From positions 1,736,001 to 1,800,000 of the forward strand of contig MU008164.1 of assembly GCA_010909165.1 (NCBI GenBank): 64,000 bases of DNA, written 5' to 3'. Position numbers and translations under genes: made by a program. Under the pieces are notes generated by a model. It saw only the letters and a list, made by a program, of their open reading frames with translations, did no database searches and had not been told where the DNA came from. This document shows, in pieces, positions 50,400 to 60,817 of this stretch (positions are counted from its first letter, which is position 1; every line of letters starts with the position of its first letter). The DNA is from Anthoceros angustus (lineage: Eukaryota; Plantae; Anthocerotophyta).

Positions 50400-52525
50400 C
50401 TTTTAACAAAACCCCACATACTTCCTGAAACACTTTTTCAATAATATTGATAGAAAACACAACAGCCTTGATCGATCAGACACTGAAGAAACAGATTTCA
50501 CACTCGGCAAATAGTTATCACGATTCACAGACAGACGAATTAGAATGTTGGAAAACCCTTCACGATGACAAATTTGCCTACACACAAAGATTTAGTGAGG
50601 TAGAAGTAGAATAAACAAAACAAAAAGGCAAGTGTAAACATCTCTTACTAAAATCACGAATTCACCCTAAGAATTTTCCTCAGCTGTGCAACAAAACAAA
50701 AAGAGTTAACAACAAGAGATGAAACACATAGAGCGGGCTTAAAAAGACAACGATTTATCATTGACAAGCGTGATAGGATGATAAATGTAAAATACAAGAC
50801 AAATCGATAACACCTGTTTACCAACACGTCTTCTAGAAAATCTTGAAATTACTTCTGCGTCAACGACAAAGACAATGAAAACTAATACAAGCTCAAGAGA
50901 ATCTAAGCGGCATTTTCAAAAGCATCTTCATACGATTAAAACAAGGTTCATTGGCATACCAAACAAAATCCCAAATATGTCGCCACATAGACCGAACGCA
51001 TCCATGAGGAAAAAGAACACACGAGGTAAGAACACACAGGGAAAAACTTTGTGACAACACACTCATAAAGGCGTGAAAAACAAAGGTGATGGCAAGCAAT
51101 CAATCGGACTAAGCGGCGAGACAAAATAGTGCAAAACAAAACCAAGCCATGGAACAACGGCAAAGAGACAAAAGTCACTTGACAAAACGAACAAGTTATA
51201 GCAGCGTACGAAGGTGAAAACAAGCGAAGGTGAAAGAATCGCATAAACAGACCTAAACAAAACTTAGCTTGGAAGTAACACAAGAACTCTCGAGACAAGA
51301 CCCGTGGGATTTCAAAAAACGACAGAACGACGATGGCGTCAAGCAACAAGTCAACAAGAGAGCAAAGCAAATCGAAACCAAGCTTATACAAGTTAAAGCA
51401 AAACACATGAGCGTCACGCAAAACAAGAACACAGAGGTCGCGAGACAAGAAAACAAGCGAGATGCGGTACCAAGCCATGACACACGACAACAAGCGAGCA
51501 GAGAAAAGGTCTTCCAACAATCAAGCAAGCGAGTTAGAAGGTCAAAGAACAAGAATCACTCATGGAGGACATGACAACCTTCAACTAGATGCAACAATAT
51601 GAAGGCTCAAAAGCGGGAGATCGCGTTTTCACAAAAAGCAAGCGAGACTCCATACAGCATCAACGGAAACAAAATAAACAAGACAACCTCGACGGCAAAT
51701 CAACTAGCAGCTATCTGAGCGTAAACCAAATACCATCATAGCAAAGTAGTCATTCCTATGATTTAGGAATCGCATACAAAACAACATCGGGCGAGATCGA
51801 GAAAAGCGATACAAAAAGCCACGTAAGCGGTAGAAAAACACTTTAAAAACAAACAAAAACCACAGATACCCGGGCGCGAACACCACCGCGTAACAAGCAA
51901 AACCGCACAAAACAACAAAACAAAAAGAAACAATAGGCGAGAAACAAATAACGTAAGCGCAAATGGAAGCAACTTCAAAGAAGGCAGGCCTTAACCACAA
52001 ACCGAAACCTCAAATGCCAATCAACCTTGGCCTTGAGCAACAAAACAACACGGGCAAGGACACCGTGACCCCGGACGAGCAAACCCTTGGCCTTGAAAGA
52101 ACCAGGCGGCAACACCTTGGCCTTGGCGACTGTCGAGACCTTGGCCTTTGAACGAAGGCTGGAAAGGGCCTTAGCCTTTCGAAAGGACCTGAAAAACGCA
52201 TTGGCCTGAAAACTTATACAAAGCCTAGAAGCCTAGAAGCCTAGAACACCTTGGCCTTCAAAAGAAGGCTACAAAACAGCTAAGCCTTCGGACCGAAGCC
52301 AGAAATCACTTTGGCCTGCGAAACTAGAACTAGACAACTCATGGACTTCGGAGCAAAGCCTGGAAGCATGCACAAGGCATAGGCCATGGCCCTCTGAACA
52401 CGGACACAGCCTTGGCCTTGAAGCAGAGAAGACCTTGGAAACTAAAGATGAACAAGCAGGCTTGGACGACGCCACCTCGGCCTCCAAAACACAGATGCAA
52501 AAGACCTCCGCTTTGGAGAAGCCAT
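50400..52525 (-). other. Putative spliced gene or 5' exons with AAGGCCAAGG (KAK) repeats, inside copy 2
   Basis: ATG GCT TCT CCA AAG CGG at 52525, repeated CCTTGGCCTT on the plus strand at 52025-52420, then T-rich intron-like sequence on the minus strand. Product unknown. Confidence 0.4.
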
Positions 52526-52580
52526 TTATATAGGCCCAAACCCTAAACACTCTCCCTCTGGCGGCGCCACTCTCTCTCTA
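52523..52580. promoter_or_regulatory. Candidate bidirectional core promoter (TATA-like, site II GGCCCA, telo-box AAACCCTA, CT patch)
   Basis: TTTATATAGGCCCAAACCCTAAA at 52525-52547, followed by a CT-rich tract, at the point where strand composition flips. Confidence 0.45.
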
Positions 52581-52599
52581 CCAAAATTTGAATTAAGAA

Positions 52600-55500
52600 C
52601 CTAAGATTCGACGATTCCAACCCTCGTAGGTTCGCCATTGCCCGCCTCTCAACCAAAACCTAGGTTCTTGATTCCAAACCTAGCCTAAGCACCAAAACCT
52701 AATCTCCGAACCCTCGTGGCGTAACGAACCTGCTTCAACCCACGGCCACGCCGCAGCATCGAACCATCTAGAAGTTTCAATTTTGATGCGGCACACCTAG
52801 GGTTTCTTCATACGCCCAACACGCGCCGCTGCTCGCGTAGGATGTGCGGCGCTGCAGGTTACGATCGGTGTTTGACAGTGCCTTTTCAAGTTTGGCTCGT
52901 CCTCGGGAAGGTCACGGCGCCTCGGCTCCACGTTCCCTTCATCTCACGCCCACCATGCGTCGTTTGATGCTTCTTTTGATCGCATAGTTTCTTGATTCAC
53001 CTAGGTGGGTACAATTTGCACTCTATCTCACAATCGATCCGCGTCTCTTTTCTCATCATGGCATCCAGCTTAGCTCACCGCCCATAAGACAACAAGAAGT
53101 CTCTTTTGGCGTCCTTCGTGACGACGTCAAGCCCACTAAGGTAGTGTCGGTTCTCCTTACTTGTTGAAGTCCTTTCGCCCACACTATCTTGTGGGCTCTT
53201 GCAACCATTGCTAGTGCATGAGCTAATCGTGAGTTTGCCATTGAAGCCTTTCTCACAAGTATGTATTGTGAAACTCGGACCACGCAAAGACCCTTCAAGT
53301 TCCAACGCCAAAAGGGACCTCGAGACACATTAGCCTACGGTAGACAAGACCTTATTACCTTGGTTGTTTTCCTTTCAAAGTCGGGCTAATGCATCACCCA
53401 AGCTAGCGATGACGTCTTGTCTTTGATCGGCTTGCGATCGGATTAATCTCGGTTGCCTTTACCTAGGTCACAACAACAGACACTCGTTGCTATGTCTGAA
53501 GCCGGTCACCACAAGAACTCCTGCGTAAGTCCTTCCTTCACTCTTGAAGCGCATCACGCATGCAGAATTCTGCATGCCTCCTGCGAGTCGTGCATGGCTG
53601 CAAAGCATGACTTGCCATTTGACTCGGACGCAAGCTGCATCGGCTCGACGTAAGCGTGTGCGAGCTTGGGGCTGCGCTAACGCCTGATCTCAACCAGCGC
53701 TGCGATCGTGCGTACATCCTTTCCTTTCCTTGTTTTCCTTTACTGCGTAATCACCGAATAAGCGCATGCCGTTTAACACGGTTGCGTTTCACCTTGAGCT
53801 TGCATTCTCTGCTTATTTCATCGCTTCAAAAGATTCCGTATCAAAAGCTCCAGTTAAGATCGGCCTCGGTTTTGAATTTACTTGTACGTTCGTCCTTGTG
53901 ATCGAGTTCTAACAAACTAATCACTCGTGTAGACAGCAAGAATCTTGAGTAAGGCGGTCACGCCTCGTCAAGAGAACACATCAAGTGGTCGCGCTACATT
54001 TTCCGTTTTTGTGTAAAATCGAGTTATCAAAGGTTGGTATCAATTTGTTTTCCACCTCTGTAGAAGTAACAATGTGGCATGCACCGCGCATATCTGAAAT
54101 GCAGGCATAATCGCATGATTGCCGCTTGAAGGTATGCGGCATGCACGCAAGCGCGACGCATAGAACTGCGGCACGCGTAGCGCATAACGCGCCACAACGT
54201 CTGGCGGCATGCCATCTTATGGTGACATCAGCGAATATCACCACATGGTGGCGTATCCACTGAGCAACGTCCCTCCACGAAGTCCCACATGCGGTGGCTT
54301 TGCAGTGGCCCTTAGCATGCTTTAGCAGCAGCATCGAGCATGTTGCGGGAACTCGTAGATGTTTCAAAAGTTGAAGCATGAGCATTGTTTGTGTCGTTGA
54401 CGATGCTTTTATTTGAGAATGGTATCCGAGAATGAGAGAAACAGCGATGAAATGGTCGACATCCAAGAAGGTAATGATCATTTTACGCCTCGCTAAATCC
54501 ATTTTAGGTTGATAAATCCATGGCTAAAATGATTTTCTCGAGCGATCACAATAGTAGAGCCAACAAACCTAATATGGCGATCGAACAATCATGTTCCCAC
54601 CCATGGGGATCCAGGATATGATGACAGTGAAGTTGAAATCCCTCTCATTGAGATACGAAAATAGTTGAGAAAGGTAGTACATTGCAATTTCAATTGACTT
54701 TCCTGTCAACATTTCTAATTGGATATATTTGATAGATACTCGAGCACACTATGTTCACATCAATGGACAAAAGGACTTGCGCTCCTTTGCGGATGCTGCT
54801 CAATTGGAAAAAATTAAAAAGGTAAATACTTGATTCAACTTCTCTAGAACTATAGAACAAAATATAGGTATCAAACTTACAATGGTTGTATATGGTTACA
54901 GGATATTAAGAAGAATCTCCGACAATGCTCAATTAGAGTTGGAAACAATGACTGGTCCGTTTCAATGGACATCGGATCTCAATTTTGGAGGTAAACAACA
55001 AACATTTAATATATGTATTTGTTTACATTAAAGTACTAATATATTTGTTTACTGAGTCTTCTTGAACAAGTAGCTGCTAAGGAAATTAAGGAAAATAGAA
55101 GAAATGGATGATAAAATCAACAACACGGCCATCTCACATCGTAATTGCTATTGTATATTTGTAAATAATTAAATATATTTGTAACTAGTATTTACTAATT
55201 AATTCTGTTTTTCAAAAGGACAAAAGAGGAAAAAGGGTGAGTCAAGATAATGCACGTATGGACCATCGAAGGAATTTGTCGACTTTGGAAAATGGATGGA
55301 TAACTTTCGGTATCCACAAGTCTTCCAAGATTTTAAAAATAGATATGTTCCCATTTGGGAACATAGCCTCAAAGATCCAAGACCAATCAATGAAGATGGG
55401 TCGTGACAACCCTAGAGCGACATGGAGATCCGAGAAAAGTAAGTGTTATCGGTTTGTATTGTTTTTAATAGTTTATTTGAATCGGTTGATAGTAGTAATG

Positions 55501-56000
55501 AAATATTTTGTTTTGGTAATGTAGAAAATATCACATTGAAAATAAGGAGCTAAAACCAGACTTGTTGACTCTCATGGAAGATCCGAAACTACAAAAACAT
55601 TCAAAAGGTTAGTTAATAATTTACGTATGTAAACAAGGAAAATATTAATATTGGTATTTACCAAATATGCAAATTCTAAGGTTGATATTTCTTTGAGCGT
55701 CCAATCACATTTCCGTAGTGTGGGAAATCTTCCATTGCCTCACATTAGTGAGAAAGGTATTTAGCAAGATCTTCTTCGACTTGAAATGGAGGTAAAATAT
55801 TAACTCCTCTTTTTGTTTGTAGTTATCGAAGAATCAAAAGGAGTTGTTTGCACTATTTGAGGTTAGTATATCATATTTACAGTGGTGAAATTATATAGCT
55901 ACGATGTTTGACATTTACCATTGCCTGCAGAAATATTCCCGTTTGGACGAAATTTTCGAAATGATTAACTTTCTATCTGGACCGTATAATGAACAAAGAA
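52600..56000 (+). other. Unidentified multi-exon gene remnant inside copy 2
   Basis: Alternating purine-rich exon-like blocks and AT-rich GT..AG introns (54470-55930). A degenerate CCHC knuckle (CYV...GHHKNSC, then GTAAGT) lies at about 53488-53530. Confidence 0.5.
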
Positions 56001-56390
56001 AGAAGTATTACTGAAGGCAGGCGGATCCGAAATCGCGGTGTACACCCCTTCAACGCTGCGGAAGAAAGTTAGAAGAGAAATGCCAAAACCACGAAAGACA
56101 AAGCGTGCAGTAGTGAAAGTGAAAACTACGAAGTGTGAAGGTAAAACTACGAAGTGCGAAGGTGAAAACTCGAAGAGAGAGAAAAAGACTTCTAGCTTGG
56201 GTGCACAAGGCAACAATTCTAAAGATGCGCATACGGACCTCGGCTCGCCTCGATGCAGTCAGTGTGCGTCTCGGCCCCGCCTCGCTCCCTTCGCCGAGGC
56301 GACGCTCGTCGGGCGCCTGCGGCCTAGAACGGTCTCGGCCTAGCGGCCTCGACTGCGTTCTCGGCCGTGGACGCCCGGCGTCGTTCTAAT

Positions 56391-58690
56391 CGTACAAGAT
56401 GGCGCAGTATTTCCTCGACCATCCCATTGGATATGATTCCCGCCGGAACACCCAATGCCGACACTTTTCAATTTCGCCTTTCCGCGTCTTCTTAGGCTTG
56501 GGTTCCACGGTACTCAAAGCGAGGTCATTTCACGGCAAGCGATGGCAACATCCCAAACAAAGCGGGGAAAGGTCATTTTACTTCGATCGCAATATCTTCT
56601 ACTGGCGAATACAGGGTCGTCGGTGGCGGCGGCGGGGTAGCACCCGCCTTCTTTCTTTGGCTTGTTGACAACGGATCGTCATGCATCTCCACTTGGGACC
56701 AAAGCGTGGTGTCCTTCTTTGTTACTTTCCGTGGCTTGTCCTCCTCATATTGGCTTGGAGGTATTGGCATCGGTAGCGGAGGTCAGGGAGCGTGTGCGTG
56801 GGCTGAAAACACCATGCACATTCGAGCTCAATTGGTTCCTCCTCCACAACAACACCGAGTTGGATTTCCCAAGCATCGGCACAGGAAGCCCGACACGAGC
56901 TGGGCTCCGTCCCGTCCGCCTCTTCCACTTGATGAAGCCACGATTCTTTGGGCAGCGCCACTCGGCGTGACGGTTTCGCCCAGACGCAAGGAGCTTTGGC
57001 GATTACGATGGTATGCTCAATTGCTCCACACTTCTTACAGGCTCCGGGATCGTGGCATGGCGAGTTCATATATCTTCTCCAACTCTAAGCGGGTGATATG
57101 AGCCTACATGTTGTTGATCTTCCTCAAAAGGCTTAGACTTGCGTTTTCCTTGATGTGCGCGATTGCATCTCGCTTCTCCTTGCAACTTCTCCGGGATGGG
57201 TGACAAGCTTGGCCGTTTTTAAGTTACGTATGAGGAGTATTTGCCTGCATCAAAATCAGAATCGGACTTGTTAGATGCTGGGGTGATGATGCGAAACCAT
57301 CTTCTTGGGTGGCCGGCGCGCAGACGTGGTTTTGTTCTATCCCGTTCCATGGCCATCTCAATGGCCAGGGAAAGTGTCACAACCTCAGTTTCCATTTTCC
57401 GACTATAGAATTCGTCTCTTAACCCTCAGACGAACCGCCGCTTGACCTTGCTGAGCTTTTCAGGAGTCACATAGGCCAGCTTCTTGACCAGGATACGGGA
57501 TCGCTCAGCATAATCTTCAATCAACTCATGATCTCCTTGGTATAATCAGTCAAGGGCTTTGCTATATATGGAAGGTTGGACTTGAACTTGGTAAGGAAGG
57601 CCGCAGAGGCCGGACCAATCTAATCTATAGGCATCCTCAGGTTTCAAAAACAGCCTCACCTCACCATGAAGCGGGGAAAAGTTTTGTATACTTCTTCTCA
57701 TTTCCCATCATGTGAGTCTTGAGAATCCTGAATAATAAAGTGTTTAGGTTTCCCAAAATCACGCATCATTAATGATAGGATGATAGATAGGGACTAAAAT
57801 TTAGAAGAGCTAGGACACACCACTCGGTCAAGCGTGAGGAGATGAGGATACACTGGTGACTCGTCAAGAACCGTCGGCGCAAGTCAAGAAAGCAATCATG
57901 AGAGGATGGCCATTTGATTGCTTCCCTTACATAAGAGAAATTCATGGACCTACACAAGGAGGCAGGCAATTAAGGGCAGCCACATGTATTGGAATCATCA
58001 AAATACCAGGTCTACTCAAACCTGTGCAGGTCCCGCCGGGGGTGCCATTGTTAAGGTGTATCTGACTTTAAGCATGAACTATGTATCCGGACCTACAGAC
58101 ACATGCATGGGAAGGTAAGGTTACTAGACCGTATTCTTGCTCGTGACAAGATTGTGCCAAATACTGGCAGGGTCACCCTTGACTATCGATATGGCGAGTT
58201 GAACTGAGCGATGGGCGTGCAATGAACCCGATCAAGCGGGCATCGCATACATCAAAGGTGATAGGATGAGGTCCAAGAGGATCTATCTATTGTAATTCAC
58301 AGCACCACAGTCCACTCATGATTACACACAAATGGTTAGATGCCTCCTCGGTCCTTCGTGTCCTTCATACACTTTTCGCACAAGCAATCAAGGTCACGGT
58401 CGAGAATTCAAGAGGCGTGGCTCCAACCTCGATGAGGAGAGATCCTCTCAAGCATGGGCACGGGATACAGAGCTCTCGGCTGTTCTCGTTACTTGCCCGG
58501 CGGGAAAATGGAATACAATTTTTAGGATGTCCAAGGCATGTTTTCTACGCTTTAACTTCAAGGAGTCTTGTAAGTTATGGCCACTCACGTTTTCCCATAG
58601 CTAGTCCTATAGCTCCTGGATGCTCTCATGTCCACGGTACTCATGCTGGCTCTTTCTTGACAAAAGCACAATCTAATCTTCCTCCTAACA
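56391..58690 (-). mobile_element. Remainder of the element A duplicate (gag region, start deleted)
   Basis: Collinear with 6658-9150, except for a deletion/inversion at 57730-57817. Confidence 0.85.
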
Positions 58691-58957
58691 ATATCTATGT
58701 ATTTGTTTGGGTGTCGCTATGAAGTGTCGCATAGACGGCCTGGTTCGACTTCTGTAAGAGTTCCTAAGCGGGAAAGCGACTTTAAATCTTGCTCTTGCCC
58801 TAAAAACATTGAGGGGCGTATCTATGTATTTGTTTGGGTGTCGCTATGAAGTGTCGCATTGGTGACCTAGTTCGACTTCACAGCAGGAGTTTGTAAGCCG
58901 GAGACGACTTTATAAATCTTGCTCCAGGCGGCAACTTCATACCGTGGAGAGTCTCTC

Positions 58958-60817
58958 ATGGCGTCAGTCTCGGGGAAGATGAGATTGTCGACAAATGTAT
59001 CCGCGTGAAGGATGTGTGCAGGAATGTAAGGAATACGATCAGGGATGGGACAATTCACGGAAGGTGCGAGGTCATCGAGCCACAAGGTGCTCTTTGTGCC
59101 GCACATGGATTGGAAAACCCCATTTGCTGCGAGTGTTGGATGGTCGGTTGGCGGAACCGTTGGATCCACACACCTTGGCGATGAAGCCTTTTGTGGAGCA
59201 ATCTCCCAGGAGTATGCATATAATTCGGCGCCATTCGGCATTCGCTCTCCATCGTTTCCAAGACCGCGGTCCTGTTGATCTTTGGTTCAAGCGTATGTGA
59301 CTCTGTGGAGCCTCGACTGCATTTCGGTGTAGAATGCGGTAGACAGCGGTAGCTTCTTTCGAGACGCGAGCTCAAACGCCCTCGAAATCGGGGGAGGAGG
59401 TTCTCCAAGTTGGCTTGTCCTTTCTTCCTCTCAAATTCCAGTCTTTTCGAGCCCGGAGTTCGTTGTGAAGGATGGATTGGTGCATCTTCAAGGTTGACCC
59501 GAAGCCAGCTGCAAGACCCAAGGTTGAAACTCGCGGATCCATGGATGAAAGCGATGAGGAAAAGGAGGAGTGATGGAGCAGGGGATCTTGAGGAGGAGGA
59601 TGAGAGCGATGAGGAGGAGGAGATGGATGGGGATGGGGGCAGGGATGGGGAGGAGGATGATGGGGAAGAGGAAGGCGAAGAGCACGAGGATGATCGGAAG
59701 ACAAAGACGAAGAGGACGAGGATGATGAGGAAGGCGAGGCGACGAAGGCGTGGGCGAGGATGACGAGGATGAGGAGGAGGAGGAGGAGGATGAGGAGAGG
59801 TATTCGACGGCAGAGGATGAGGATATGCATAAGTGCTATCGAGATTATGATGGCGATTGCAAGGCGAAGGTATGAGTTTGCGTTGCCAATCCTATTACGA
59901 GAACATTCAAAGTGCGCCGGGCCGGGCATGGAAGGCGACTTTCGGCTACCGAGAATCACGGAGACTCCGGCTTGAGGTGGAAGAAAGCGGACATTTCACC
60001 CTCATTGTTTTGTGTATGCGGACAGATAAACCAGTAAGCATCTGGTCAAGGATAAGGATAATAGGTGGGGCCACGCTTTGACTCAACCACTCTGGTTTCT
60101 GTGAAAATGCGCTCAAGCGACTTCCCTCGTATTTTTGTGTAATCGGCGAAAATAAAGTGGGGCGCCAGTGGGGCAACTCGATGAACATGCTTGTCTCAAA
60201 AGTGGCCGGGTTATTTGGGATGGCAACCGGGTAACATAAGTATTGACGATGATGGGGATATGGAGCCAAGAGATATCCGAAATCCTTTTGGGGGAGAATT
60301 TTTTGCCGAACAAGGCGACCACGGGGACAGTGGATTTTGGGATTTGGCGGTGGAAAGGAGCCCATACATGTGGCGGAAGGTATCGTTCGCCCATTTGTAA
60401 GAGCTCTTGGGACCCAGTCTGGAGGCGGGCGGTCGGAGGAGCACCTTGTGGAGCAAGCTTGTTGGGTGATACAATGTTCTTCATTATTCTGGCATTGTCT
60501 CCGATGAAGGCGGCTTGTACACGCCTTGGTGGGATACAACATTCCCCACCGAAATGGAGTCTCATTTCCACGAGGCAAAGGCGAGTGCCTCGTGCAGCAA
60601 CTGTGTCTCTTTCGACCGAATGATATGGGTGTTTGTGATTTCCGTTGTTTCAACTCTCTCAAGTGTGTGCTTTCAAGCAGTCAAGTACACACAGTGTTGG
60701 AAGCTCGTCCAAGTTAAATGCGAAATTGAATGGGTGAACCTCGGACCCGGAGAAGTAGCTAAAGGTGTCGGAGCAATCAATTCCGGCAAAAAGGTGCAAG
60801 TAGTTTTGGTTGACAAC
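58958..60817 (+). pseudogene. F-box paralog (duplicate of 9419-11448), heavily indel-disrupted and cut by Crypton-like copy 3
   Basis: Collinear with the 9419 gene (CQECKEYD, RCSLCRTWIGKPH, D/E tract). Confidence 0.88.

Larger units (their letters stand above)
46458..56390 (-). mobile_element. Crypton-like tyrosine recombinase transposon, copy 2, apparently full length (about 9.9 kb)
   Basis: The flanks rejoin as contiguous sequence at the paralogous empty site 6641-6690 (CATATGC|CGTGACAG). Contains the YR gene plus about 6 kb of additional sequence. Confidence 0.88.
32891..60817 (+). repeat. Segmental duplicate of 5225-11448, interrupted by nested insertions
   Basis: 32891-34231 matches 5225-6559; 46395-46457 matches 6587-6657; 56391-60817 matches 6658-11448. 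Confidence 0.92.

Noticed and set aside
50893-52000. Hydrophobic F/L/C/V-rich ORFs as membrane proteins
   Set aside because: Explained by T-rich, intron-like composition on the minus strand. No family motif.
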